DNA from: Octopus vulgaris
Lineage: Eukaryota
Direction of reading: 5' to 3'
Assembly (NCBI GenBank): GCA_951406725.2
Contig: OX597817.1
Coordinates: forward strand, 88,226,001-88,290,000
DNA: 64,000 nt
The position numbers and the translations under genes are program-made. The notes under the pieces are model-generated. The model saw nothing but the letters and a program-made list of their open reading frames with translations. It ran no database searches and was not told the origin of the DNA. Below are positions 14,545-26,593 of this stretch, in pieces (the first letter of the stretch is position 1; each line of letters opens with the position of its first letter).

Positions 14545-14950
14545 GGTACAAGAGTGGCTTGTGATAAGTAGCTTGCTTACCAACCGCATGTTTCCGGGTT
14601 CAGTCCCACTGCGTGGCACCTTGGGCAAGTGTCTTCTACTATAGCCTCGGGCCGACCAAAGCTTTGTGAGTAGATTTGGTAGACGGAAACTGAAAGAAGC
14701 CCGTCGTATATATGTGCATATATGTATGCGTGTGTATATGTTTGTGTGTCTGTGTTTGTCCCCCAACATCGCTTCACAACCGATGGTGGTGTGTTTACGT
14801 CTCCGTAACTTAGCGGTTCTGCAAAAGGGACCCATAGAGTAAGTACTAGGTTTACAAAGAATAAGTCCTGGGGTCGTCTTGCTCGATTAAAGGCGGTGCT
14901 CCAGCATGGCCGAAATCAAATGACTGAAACAAGTAAAGGAGTAAAGGAGT
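14545..14950 (+). mobile_element. SINE family B (tRNA head, CORE-like TTGGGCAAGT)
   Basis: GGTTCAGTCCCACTGCGTGGCACCTTGGGCAAGTG..GGCGGTGCTCCAGCATGGCC..GACTGAAAC tail. Confidence 0.9.
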
Positions 14951-15035
14951 ATATATATTGTGAGTGTTTATATATATATATACTTGTAAATGCATGTAAA
15001 TTCGCATTTGTATGTGTGTGTGTATATATATGTAT

Positions 15036-15237
15036 ACTCTTTTACTCTTTTACTTGTCTCAGTCATTTGACTGCGGCCATGCTGGAGCACCGCCTTTAGT
15101 CGATCAAATCGACCCCGGAACTTAGTCTTTGTAAGTCTAGTACTTATTCTATCGGTCTCTTTTGCCGAACCGCTAAGTGACGGAGACGTAAACACACCAG
15201 CATCGGTTGTCAAGCAATGCTAGGGGGGGACAAACAC

Positions 15238-15305
<68 letters not shown>

Positions 15306-15467
15306 CGACAGGCTTCTTTCAGTTTCCGTCTACCAAATCCACTCACAGGCATTGGTCGGCCCGGGGCTATAGCAGAAGACACTTGCCCAAGATGCCACGC
15401 AGTGGGACTGAACCCGCAACCATGTGGTTGGTTAGCAAGCTACTTACCACACAGCCACTCCTGCGCC
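15036..15467 (-). mobile_element. SINE family B
   Basis: Full-length reverse-complement copy, closely matching 29532-29945. Confidence 0.9.
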
Positions 15468-15604
15468 TATGTATGTATATTTTTATATGCATATTTGTAT
15501 ATGCAAACATCGGATCAGTTTAAGCAAATCATCTGTGAAGGAGGTTCAATCAGAAATTGCAGAATGCTCATCTGTCGCCTACGACAGGAGAATCCGTGCT
15601 TATT

Positions 15605-15845
15605 CAAGGTACGTAGTTAGAACGTTGCACTCACGCGAGATCGTTGGTTGCATTCCCGGACAAGGAGCTACGTTGAGTTCTTGAGCAAAACACTTCACTT
15701 CACGTTGCTCTGCCATCACTTCGACATCTGACTCGTGGCACATCATGCACCTGTGTAGATAATGTTGATTTGATGGAGAGACTGAGCTTATGTGGTGCTC
15801 AAATATTTAATCACTATAAACAAATCACTTGTGCAGGTTGTTCAC
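15605..15845 (+). mobile_element. SINE family C (decayed tRNA head)
   Basis: Homologous to the minus-strand copy at ~60000-60220 (TTCTTGAGCAAAAC, CACTTCGACATC, ATCACTATAAACAAATCA). Confidence 0.6.
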
Positions 15846-15889
15846 TAAGAACCCCCATTTGTTGTCTACGACAGGAGTGTCCCTGCATA

Positions 15890-15941
<52 letters not shown>

Positions 15942-16039
15942 TGTGTGTGTGTGTGTATGTGTATATAGTGGCATGCACACTTCATGCAGGCATAGAGTGG
16001 ATTCGATCCTCGATTGCCAAATTTCACTTAACAGCTCAA

Positions 16040-16940
16040 AAGCACTGTGGATTTTATAGCGGGTTTGTAGAGCATATGTCCGACGACATCCTGTGGGAGA
16101 CTCTAGGTTTCGATGAGGAACCTGCTCAAAAGAACATTCGGGCCAAGGGACAACTTCCAGAAATCCCTGGTCTGGTTGTGCTACAGATCGGCCTTGCCAG
16201 TTCGCGTGGTGCTGGTATCCTACCCACATGCCCGAGGTGCGGGCATGTCAGTGAAACTGTCACGCACGCCTTCGTACATTGTGAAGAACTGAGGGGATTG
16301 ATAACCTATGTCGAACAACTGGTATCAGATACGGAAAGAGTGAGGTTATCAACTGAGTCTATCATCAAGATTGTACCGCCACCCTCCTTTAACAAGGAAA
16401 AGGAGGCGTCATTTTTCTGCGTAGTAGCAGTAGTGAAAGAGACAATATGGGTAACGCGTGGAAGGGGAATTGAGAGAAACAACTTTATCTCCGGACATGG
16501 GTTGGTTAGTTTTTTTAACTACCATCTGTCCAGGAAGATCAGTCTGGAGAAGAGGTTCCTGCTTCAAAGAACGTTTGAGAAAAGATGGACAAATGTCGTA
16601 AGGAAGTTGAGAGTGAATGAGGCCGAGCTAGTGTAGCCGGTCTGAACCGAAAACAAGGAAAAAACGAAGAAAAAAACGAAAAATTATTATAAAGAGTAAG
16701 AAAGAATTTTAAAAAACCGGCAGGTCGAACACAAACCCAGAAAAATATATAACCATTTAATTCTTAATTCATTTAATTCGTTTCGATTTCATTGTATTCT
16801 TCAAGTTCATTCGATTTTATTATATCTGACTTTTATACCAACTAACTAGTGTATAACCCCAGTCCCTAGATGTTTTTGCTTTGTCCTTGTGATGTCCCCT
16901 TTACGTGAGCCATGTACTGGCAATAAAGAAATTAGTTAGT
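16040..16940 (+). mobile_element. L1/Tx1-like LINE, 5'-truncated 3' end
   Basis: CCHC knuckle CPRCGHVSETVTHAFVHC; homology to 43700-44620; AATAAA at 16922. Confidence 0.85.
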
Positions 16941-17330
16941 GAATGGACAACTATAGTCATGGCCACGAGCAGGCAGCCGCTAGAGACGAAGACGGCCAGA
17001 GGGAGAAAGAAAGTTACAATCAGCAACTGTGCAAGACTTCCCTCGACTGTCTCACTTTCACTAACTCACTTTCTTTTCTCTGTCACATTACCATATCTCT
17101 CTCTATACCCTACTATGAGAACATGTACACACATACCGACCGAAATTCACTCTTTTTTCCTCGCATGCTTTTCCATTTACTTGTTATACATGCCAACCCG
17201 TCGTGATTTTGGATGTATACAACGTAACGATAAATATACATTTTCTTAAACCTCGATCGCTGTTCTCCCATTTGCATACTCGCATACTGGCAACCAACAC
17301 CTTAACAACAACAAACGTCACACACACACA

Positions 17331-17434
<104 letters not shown>

Positions 17435-18640
17435 TGAAATGCGTTTGGACCGCTTGGATCGCTTTCAAGGCCACTACATCCCGTCGGATTGACTCCAAAA
17501 TTTACAGGGACATGTAAAATGAGGTGACGATGCCCGTGGGCTACCTTAGAAACCCCTATCTTAAAAGGTGTCGTTGCTAGGGCCAAAAATCCACTTTGAC
17601 AAGTCCACTCCCATTCTTTAATGTATCTGTCTTCCTCACTCACTCACGCTCCCTTACCAGCACTTTTTCACTCACTCTATTTCCTACCTTCCCATCACTT
17701 TCACTTCATCAAATGGCGTTCTTTTATGTATCTGTCTGCATTCATAGAGAGAATTATCATCGCCACAACCAACACATGCTCACGTATGAGAGAGACTCCA
17801 ACACACACAAACACACACATATATACATATATATATATATGATGTGTGCATTATGTGGTCGGTTGAGCTGAAAATATGCAGACCTATGTTAAAAGTGCTG
17901 GCAAGTTTGCATGACAACTATTTTTTCCCCTCAAATGAAAGGCGTGACCTCTAGGACAAAATTCCTCATCTTATAAAATGTGGCCCCAGTAGACCCGAAT
18001 GAAATCGGGTTATATTAACCAAAATGTGAAAAGGGGTCTAAATGGGGCTGGAAGGGGATTAAAATTTAAAGGAGCGGGTGTTTAGGAATTCTCTGTTACA
18101 TCAAGCTAAAAAGTTTGCCTTAGCCTTTTAATCGTCAATGTGTTGCCGTCCATGATGAAGAAGTTTTGAATGCTTGCCATGGTGAGTTTACTGTCGTGAG
18201 AAAGAATCACTTCAAAACTTGATGTTTAGGCATTTTCTTTCACATCAAGTTCAAAATTTTACGCCAGCCGTTAAACTGTCAAAACGTTGCTGTCCGTCGT
18301 TAAGAAATGCCAGCCATGGTGACTCTACTATCCTCAGATTCTATCCCTTCAAACTTTGGTTTCCAATATTTTATTATTTTTATTCAGCTCGCAAGTTCGT
18401 CTGTCCCTTTTAAATGTTACTGTTTTGCTGTCTGCCTTGAAGCAGACCTTTCCGTTGTTGCTGCCTGATATTTATGATTGATCTTTCTAAATATTTCTCA
18501 ACTTACTCAAGATCTTTTGTTGTTTATAAATGGGAGAGAGATAGATAAAGATAGAGAGTAAGAGAAAGCGAGGGAGAGTCCGAGAGAAAGGAAGAGTAAG
18601 AGAGTGGGGAAAGTGAGAGAAAGGAGAGAAAGAGGGAGAA

Positions 18641-18945
18641 TCATCATCATCATCATCGTTTAACGTCCGTTTTCCGTGCTAGCACGGGTTGGACAGTTTG
18701 ACCGGGGTCTGGGAAGCCAGGAGGCTTTACCAGGCTCCAGTCTGATCTGGCAGTGTTTCTACAGGTGGATGCCCTTCCTAACGCCAACCACTCTGTGAGC
18801 GTAGTGGGTGCCGCCGGCACAGGTGCCAGGGGGGCTGGCAGTGGCCACGATCGGTTGGTGCTTTTTACGTGCCACCGGCACAGAAGCCAGTCAAGGCGGC
18901 GCTGCAATCGGCCACGTTCGGATGGCGTTTTTTACGTGCTGAAAG
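18641..18945 (-). mobile_element. SINE/LINE-tail repeat ending in (GAT)n
   Basis: (CAT)n end then CGTTTAACGTCCGTTTTCC..GGATGCCCTTCCTAACGCCAACC; internal repeated TTTTTACGTGC units. Confidence 0.7.
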
Positions 18946-19006
18946 GAAGCAACAGAAAGTAACAACCACACTCTTACCCGCGCGTAGAGCGGGTCACCTT
19001 CAGCTA

Positions 19007-19049
<43 letters not shown>

Positions 19050-19050
<1 letters not shown>

Positions 19051-19462
19051 CAAAATAAAGTAGTAAGGTACCGTACGAGTGGAAATATATATGAAGAAAG
19101 GTTTGGAAATGCGATTTCAGAAATGTTTATTCACTTGACCGGTTTTACTTTTTTATAAAAAGATTGTCAAAAGTAAAATATAAAAGCTTTGTATGAGCTT
19201 TGTTGTGTTAAGTACTGGTTATCACAAAAGTATTAAAAGGCGCAAATACATTCTTTCTCAAGTGCTTTCTTGAAGACTGTTTTTAACATTTTCTTATTAT
19301 CAAAGAATGTGTTTCTGTTTTTTTAATACTTTTGTGATAACTAGTACTTAACACAACAAAGCTCATACAAAGCTTTATATTTTACTTTTGACAATCTTTT
19401 TCTAAAAAAGTGAAACCGGTCAAGTGAGTAAACATCTCTAAAATTGCATTTTCAAACCTTCT

Positions 19463-19466
<4 letters not shown>
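19050..19466. mobile_element. Non-coding fold-back element in (TA)n, probably PLE-derived
   Basis: ~165-bp inverted arms (~19091-19256 / 19302-19466); right arm carries GAAACCGGTC, the 3' half of a PLE-type minimal HHR; (TA)n on both sides. Confidence 0.7.
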
Positions 19467-19523
<57 letters not shown>

Positions 19524-19974
19524 AAATTGTAGAGATGGAAAATTGAACATACGGGAAACTTTATTGCTTACAACGATCATTTCGACCCATCCTACATCGA
19601 TCCTTCGCGAGTGCGATTCTGTACATAGGCAGTGAGTGGATTTGGTAAACGGAAACTGAAAGAAATACATTATGTATATATATATATCAAGTCGCTCTTC
19701 AGTGCTACTGGTAACATGTAATCCAGTACAACTTGTTGCGTGAGGAGGGTGATTGTTGGACACCCTGCAGGCTAAAACGTAACCCCATCGGAGGGTGGAG
19801 GAACTCATGAGCAGTCAACGGCCATCCAACCAATATGTGTAAATATGTATAAACTTTTTTTTATATATTCTTATATGTGTATATATATATATGTATATTT
19901 TTACTTTTATATATATTATCTATATTTAAATCTTATTTTATTTATATCTTTAAATTACATATCTTTTACTTTAT

Positions 19975-20300
19975 ATCTATATATATATTACTGATAATGT
20001 GTGTGGGTCTGTGTGTCTGTATGTATGTATGTGTATGTATGTATGTATGTATGTATGTATGTATGTATGTTTCTGTGAATCACTAAAACACGAGAACTTC
20101 CCAAACGATTTCAAATTTTACACATGCTTACTTAGGGTCCATGCAGTGTCATGGGACAAAAAAATTTTCAACTTCTTGCCTAATGCGAATCCGGAGGAAT
20201 CTCTTATTTCTTACACTATTTCAGTATTGTGTCAAAAGTGAAACAATAACATCTCTATTGTAATGTGAGGTACTTTCAATATCAATACTAAAACTGTTAT
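19975..20300 (+). mobile_element. Possible Helitron-like 5' portion
   Basis: TCTATATATATAT start followed by (TGTA)n, similar in layout to the 5' end at 10150. Confidence 0.35.
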
Positions 20301-20321
20301 CTCACATACATATATACATAC

Positions 20322-20368
<47 letters not shown>

Positions 20369-20409
20369 TAAATAAATAAATGGAGTTGAACGAAAATGTT
20401 AACAAAATT

Positions 20410-20502
20410 CCTTTACTCTCGACATATATTTCGAAGACAACATGGTTTTATTCCAAAGGAATAAACGATGCAAGATGCAATCTTCTCATCAGGAAAGAAA
20501 GG
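20410..20502 (-). ncRNA. Type I hammerhead ribozyme
   Basis: CCTTTCTTTC-CTGATGA-GAAGA..TCTTC-GAAA-TATAT-GTC-GAGAGTAAAGG: intact core, stems I-III can form, GUC cleavage triplet. Confidence 0.8.
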
Positions 20503-20860
20503 GAGCCTCTCTCATCAACAAGACAAAACAATAATTGCGATGACTGCCTACATGGTAAACAAAACGATAATAAGTGTTTTAAAAAAACCGTTAGTAGAAT
20601 TGACGTCAAAGTTAGATAGTAGGAAGAGAAGGATTAAAGGAAAGGGTTAAAGGAATATTCCTTTAACCCTTCTCTTCCTATTATCTAACTTTGACGTCAA
20701 TTCTACTAACGGTTTTTTTTAACACTTATTATCGTTTTGTTTACCATGTAGGCAGTCATCGCAATTATTGTTTTGTCTTGTTTAAACACTTATTATCGTT
20801 TTGTTTACCATGTAGGCAGTCATCGCAATTATTGCTTTGTCTTGTTGTTGAGAGAGGCTC

Positions 20861-20953
20861 CCTTTCTTTCCTGATGGGAAGATTGCATCTTGCATCGTTT
20901 ATTCCTTTGGAATAAAACCATGTTGTCTTCGAAACATATGTCGAAAGTAAAGG
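20861..20953 (+). ncRNA. Type I hammerhead ribozyme (A9G variant)
   Basis: CCTTTCTTTC-CTGATGG-GAAGA..TCTTC-GAAA-CATAT-GTC-GAAAGTAAAGG. Confidence 0.7.
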
Positions 20954-21147
20954 AATTTTGTTAACATCTTCGTTCAACTCCATTTATTTATTTATTCATA
21001 TATAACACACAAATTTCTGTACATGAACCCGGAGTTTCTACCCTTGGACAGGTCGCTTCAACCCTGTTTCTGACGTGAATTTGCTACTCCGGTATCGGTT
21101 CATCGAATTTTCCATGTTGACGGTAAACATAGGATAATTCATTCACC

Positions 21148-21188
<41 letters not shown>

Positions 21189-21365
21189 GCATATATGTGC
21201 ATATACATCTGCACATATGTATATGTATATATATGTATATTTATAGATGCATATGTATACATGTATTTGTATATATGCATGTATATATATGCATATACGT
21301 GTGTGTATATACATATATGTATGTATAAATATATGTATTCATGCATATATGTGTAAATATATATC

Positions 21366-21401
<36 letters not shown>

Positions 21402-21411
21402 CTTATGTATA

Positions 21412-21487
<76 letters not shown>

Positions 21488-21863
21488 TATATATTTAGGT
21501 ATATATTATATGTATATATATATATATATACTTATGTATAAGAGATACAGGGAAGAAGTTCAACTCAGGCAGACTACGATTGGGATATACATATATGGAT
21601 TTAATATGATAGAGTTGTCTAAAACATAAATTCATTTGAAATATAGAGATACAGAGATATAAAAATATATGAATGTTAAAAATATGCAATAACAAATAAA
21701 TACATAGATATATAACCATAATAGAGTATAGATAAAAATATATATAAGAATAACAAAATATAGAAAGACATTTCTTATAAAAATTCAGAATAAATTATGG
21801 AATGGAGGGAGTAATAGATGTTTAAAAAGAGTTTTTGGTACCATATTTCAAGGAAATGACGTA

Positions 21864-21949
21864 TTCCAACGATCGTTTCTAGAGTTCATTCAAAGAATAT
21901 ATGTGAATCTTACGATTCATTTCCCAGGAATGCCCCCATCATCAAGGAA
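21864..21949 (-). ncRNA. HHR-like motif (C3U variant)
   Basis: TTCC-TTGATGA-TGGGG..CTCTA-GAAA-CGATC-GTT-GGAA: stems I, II and palindromic stem III present. Confidence 0.55.
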
Positions 21950-22176
21950 AAGAAAAGAATAACGTTTGCGCTAGAAATGCATTAAACTGTTTTGCAAGTA
22001 TTACTTAATTTATGTTTTCTATAAGAGTCATATGACTTATGGAAATTATTAAGAGGGTTGATATATTATATCTATATATTTTATCTATATATTTATCTAT
22101 ATATCTAAAGAAAATTTATAATTATATTTATGTACATATATATATATATATATACATGTGTGTGTGTATGATTCTA

Positions 22177-22207
<31 letters not shown>

Positions 22208-22272
22208 GTACATATATATATATATACATGTGTGTGTGTATGATTCTATATATATATGTACATATATATATA

Positions 22273-22307
<35 letters not shown>

Positions 22308-22455
22308 GTATAAAGAGATGTATTTATAGATGTATACGTATAAATGTCTATGTATATATGTATATATATATAGATGAATATTTAAATAGATGCATATGTA
22401 TATATATATAGATGTATATTTAAATACATGTATATGTATATAAGTATATATATAG

Positions 22456-22494
<39 letters not shown>

Positions 22495-22583
22495 TGTGTG
22501 TATATATGTATATATATGTATATGTGTGTGTGTATGTGTATATATTGTGTGTGTATATATATATATGTATATGTATATATGTA

Positions 22584-22650
<67 letters not shown>

Positions 22651-22945
22651 GTATATATATATATATGTATATATACATACATATGTATATATATATATTT
22701 GAGTGGTTGAATGAATTATCTTGTTATGGATAATTCGGTTAACCGATACCTGGGTAGCAAATTCACATCAGAGAAGACACGTTTGAAGTTACGTGCTTTC
22801 GTGTGGAAATTTGTATGTTTTTTTTTTTAAATATACTGAATTAGATGCTAATGTCTTTTCAACTACCATAAAAGTCTCCGAGACAATAACAAGCTTTTTT
22901 ATGTAGATAAAATGAAAAATGATGAATTCACACGACTTCGGTTAA

Positions 22946-22995
22946 TCACAGACGCGTTTCGAACTTAAAGTAAATTATATTTACCTATTGCTCTC
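22946..22995 (-). ncRNA. HHR-like motif (U4C variant)
   Basis: ACA-CCGAGGA-GAGC..GTTC-GAAA-CGC-GTC-TGT; GAAACGCGTC is typical of PLE minimal HHRs. Confidence 0.55.
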
Positions 22996-23059
22996 CTCGG
23001 TGTTATACTCTGAATTATTAATTTGCGAGCATTAGGGTTAAATATGTACGCAATCAATA

Positions 23060-23111
<52 letters not shown>

Positions 23112-23228
23112 GTTATATTTCGGAATGGTCATATTGCCAGTTTAGCCAATAAAAACACACGCACTATATATTTGGTGTTATTTTGCTTCAGTGATATTTA
23201 TTTTTTACATTAATCTTAATCTTATTTC

Positions 23229-23273
23229 GGCCAAAGTTCTTTCGTCACACTCCTGTGACCGCATCAGTGGTCC
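23229..23273 (-). ncRNA. Non-canonical HHR-like motif in PLE 3' region (left arm)
   Basis: GGACCA-CTGATG-CG-GTCACA-GGAG-TGTGAC-GAAA-GAAC-TT-TGGCC. Confidence 0.5.
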
Positions 23274-23603
23274 TTTGTTTTCTTCTCACTTACTTGTGTC
23301 TCTCCTTACTAACCGTCAGCCATTTTGTATTTCTATTGTATGTCTTCATTTGCGCATGCTTATATCTCTATGTGCGTCTATGTTTATTTAGTGTGTGTGT
23401 GAGGGGGATGCCTGTAATATTTGTATCTTCTGGTTATATACATTCTTGTAATTTGTATTTTGTTTTTGTTGTTGTTGCTTTTGTTCTAATTTTGTTCATG
23501 TGTTTACATCCACCCATTATTATCATTACATACGCTTGTATGTATGTATAACAACAATATTAGTAATAATATTAGTAATAATAATAATAAATCTAATTGA
23601 AAA

Positions 23604-23644
<41 letters not shown>

Positions 23645-23828
23645 CATATAAATACATACATATAGATATATATACATATATACACATATATATACATATA
23701 CATATACATATATATACACATATACACACACATATACACACATACATACACATATACATATATATAGTTATTCATTTCTATTTCTTTAATTATCTGTGTA
23801 TTTATTATGTTTGCAGGATCCACTATCG

Positions 23829-24440
23829 TCATATGTTGTGGTGTGCGCTATTGCTCCATTCTAGTTTTCTATTCAGGCTAGGTTTATTTTCTATTATATG
23901 TGTAGCTTCTGTAATTTGTCTAATTGTTGCATCTGTTCTATGTGTGGACAATATCTTAATCTCTATGTTATTGATTGATCCCCCGTGTTCTTGTTCAGCG
24001 TGTTGGTACAGAATCGATGAGCTTTTACCTTCCTTGAGTTGTCTCCAATGTTCATTCACCCGCTCACCAATGCTTCTTGCTGTTTCCCCTACGTATGTTA
24101 CTGTCTTGTTACTGCATCGTCCCTCTATACATCTTATACTATAGACCACATTTCTGGCTTTACAGTTTGTTTGTGGGCTAAATCTACATACAGTGCAATA
24201 GTTATCCGTACAGAGAGTTCTACTAAAAGGATAGCTTCTACCAATTATAGATCTGATAGGGTTGCCTGGCTTTTCAACAACCTTAATTCTTAGTTTAAGT
24301 TTATCTAGGGTCCTTCTAAAGCGGTACGCCAGTTCACCTCCAGGGGTGGTGTCAACGAACATGACACTCTGGTATTTATGGCTATCATACCAAGAGTTGG
24401 CCTTCCCTATTTTCTTTTTGTCCTTTCTATAGTGTTCCAT
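23829..24440 (-). CDS. PLE linker, Cys-rich motif and GIY-YIG endonuclease (left copy)
   Basis: [48 protein letters not shown]. Confidence 0.9.
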   Translation of the reverse strand: MEHYRKDKKKIGKANSWYDSHKYQSVMFVDTTPGGELAYRFRRTLDKLKLRIKVVEKPGNPIRSIIGRSYPFSRTLCTDNYCTVCRFSPQTNCKARNVVYSIRCIEGRCSNKTVTYVGETARSIGERVNEHWRQLKEGKSSSILYQHAEQEHGGSINNIEIKILSTHRTDATIRQITEATHIIENKPSLNRKLEWSNSAHHNI

Positions 24441-25702
24441 GACTTGTTCCTATAGAGTGGGCAAATCCCATTCCTATCATTACATAATATATTATCAAAT
24501 TTCTTCATGGCTCCTTTGTATACTCTGACCCTTTCTTTATGGCTGTAACCTGAGAACTGCATGCGGTGAATGAAATACTGTATGTGTCTCTTTAATTCTG
24601 TAGGCTCGCACATGCGTGACACATTTCTCATTATTCTGACGAGGTCTGCCATCAAAATATTGAACTTGGCATTGCCCGCAATGGCTGAGTTCCGGTGGAT
24701 CAGGTATTTTGAGGCCATAGGTTTTGCATAGTATGAATGAAGGATTTGGGTTTTATTTTTCACAATTTCTAGCCAGAGTTCAGTGTCTAGTACTGGTAGT
24801 CTATGGTTGGGGTGTTTAGTGGGGTAGTCTATTGTGACCTTAATACTCTGGTGGATGGAGTTAGCTATTTGCTGGATGCTCTCCATAGTATTAGTTTCTA
24901 TTACTATATCAACATTACTCTCTTGTGGGGGTGCCTTTACTACTATATTGATATCATCAACATAGCGAGAGTACATGTTTACGAGTATGGATTTCTGCAG
25001 TAGGCATTCTTTAAGCCTTCTGTCCCACCATACCATGAAGAGGTTGGCCACATCACCAGCGATACTAACACCGATGGCTGCCCCCTCGTCCTGGGCATAT
25101 ATTTTATTATTAAATTTAAATGTGTGGCCTTTTAGGGTAACTCTTATACTAGCTCCTAGTGCATGTGCGATCATTTTCTTTACCTGATGGACATTTGCGG
25201 GGCTCCGTATGGCTCTGGTCCATCCGCGCCATCTTTCTATATGTGTCTTCCTAGCCATAGAAGTAATTGTAGGCGGTCTACCTCTTAAACATCTACTGGG
25301 GCAGAAACTACTAAGATTATGTTTATCTAAGTATTCACTATTATATGTCAGTCTAAGTAGGAGGCCCAGTTCTTCTGTGTCGACATTACAGAACTCCACC
25401 TGGCTCTCGTTGATCATCTCCACGCACTTCTCCACTGCAAAATCTACGTCAATCGATGGGTATAGGGATACCACATCCATGCTACCTACTATACATCCTG
25501 TCAAGTCACAAGTTTTGTTACAGTCACTGATCCTGCTTAGGAGATCTTCTGTGCTGTCACACACATCAGGTGACATCCTGATTATAGGGCGTATGATCAT
25601 TGAGAGGAAGTAGGAGATTCTGTAATTGCTAGCGATATTCGCTCCACAGACTGGTCTTGTTGGTGGTCCTGCTATAGGGTCAGTAAAACCTTTATGGTCC
25701 TT
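24407..25702 (-). CDS. PLE reverse transcriptase (left copy, 5'-truncated)
   Basis: Frame stays open upstream of the tracked ATG: KDHK..PPTRPV; then SMDVVSLYPSI, QDEGAAIG, YSRYVDD, LPVLDT, YYAKPMAS. Confidence 0.93.
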   Translation of the reverse strand, partial: KDHKGFTDPIAGPPTRPVCGANIASNYRISYFLSMIIRPIIRMSPDVCDSTEDLLSRISDCNKTCDLTGCIVGSMDVVSLYPSIDVDFAVEKCVEMINESQVEFCNVDTEELGLLLRLTYNSEYLDKHNLSSFCPSRCLRGRPPTITSMARKTHIERWRGWTRAIRSPANVHQVKKMIAHALGASIRVTLKGHTFKFNNKIYAQDEGAAIGVSIAGDVANLFMVWWDRRLKECLLQKSILVNMYSRYVDDINIVVKAPPQESNVDIVIETNTMESIQQIANSIHQSIKVTIDYPTKHPNHRLPVLDTELWLEIVKNKTQILHSYYAKPMASKYLIHRNSAIAGNAKFNILMADLVRIMRNVSRMCEPTELKRHIQYFIHRMQFSGYSHKERVRVYKGAMKKFDNILCNDRNGICPLYRNKSWNTIERTKRK

Positions 25703-26593
25703 AGTAGATGTTTAAGAGGTAGACCGCCTACAATTACTTCTATGGCTAGGAAGACACATATAGAAAGATGGCGCGGATGGACCAGAGCCATACGGAGCCC
25801 CGCAAATGTCCATCAGGTAAAGAAAATGATCGCACATGCACTAGGAGCTAGTATAAGAGTTACCCTAAAAGGCCACACATTTAAATTTAATAATAAAATA
25901 TATGCCCAGGACGAGGGGGCAGCCATCGGTGTTAGTATCGCTGGTGATGTGGCCAACCTCTTCATGGTATGGTGGGACAGAAGGCTTAAAGAATGCCTAC
26001 TGCAGAAATCCATACTCGTAAACATGTACTCTCGCTATGTTGATGATATCAATATAGTAGTAAAGGCACCCCCACAAGAGAGTAATGTTGATATAGTAAT
26101 AGAAACTAATACTATGGAGAGCATCCAGCAAATAGCTAACTCCATCCACCAGAGTATTAAGGTCACAATAGACTACCCCACTAAACACCCCAACCATAGA
26201 CTACCAGTACTAGACACTGAACTCTGGCTAGAAATTGTGAAAAATAAAACCCAAATCCTTCATTCATACTATGCAAAACCTATGGCCTCAAAATACCTGA
26301 TCCACCGGAACTCAGCCATTGCGGGCAATGCCAAGTTCAATATTTTGATGGCAGACCTCGTCAGAATAATGAGAAATGTGTCACGCATGTGCGAGCCTAC
26401 AGAATTAAAGAGACACATACAGTATTTCATTCACCGCATGCAGTTCTCAGGTTACAGCCATAAAGAAAGGGTCAGAGTATACAAAGGAGCCATGAAGAAA
26501 TTTGATAATATATTATGTAATGATAGGAATGGGATTTGCCCACTCTATAGGAACAAGTCATGGAACACTATAGAAAGGACAAAAAGAAAATAG
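25703..26593 (+). CDS. PLE reverse transcriptase (right copy, more truncated)
   Basis: Protein identical to the left copy from SRCLRG onward; the tracked N-terminal MVL is junction-derived. Confidence 0.9.
   Translation, partial: SRCLRGRPPTITSMARKTHIERWRGWTRAIRSPANVHQVKKMIAHALGASIRVTLKGHTFKFNNKIYAQDEGAAIGVSIAGDVANLFMVWWDRRLKECLLQKSILVNMYSRYVDDINIVVKAPPQESNVDIVIETNTMESIQQIANSIHQSIKVTIDYPTKHPNHRLPVLDTELWLEIVKNKTQILHSYYAKPMASKYLIHRNSAIAGNAKFNILMADLVRIMRNVSRMCEPTELKRHIQYFIHRMQFSGYSHKERVRVYKGAMKKFDNILCNDRNGICPLYRNKSWNTIERTKRK

Larger units (their letters stand above)
20362..21150. mobile_element. Fold-back non-autonomous PLE derivative with two hammerhead ribozymes
   Basis: Inverted arms centred on GGAATATTCC (~20651-20660); ~65-bp tandem duplication in the right arm; right arm ~145 bp longer; (TA)n on both sides. 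Confidence 0.85.

Noticed and set aside
20380-20983. Mirror-image 79-aa and 72-aa ORFs (MELNE..)
   Set aside because: Antisense by-products of the fold-back element; no coding signature.
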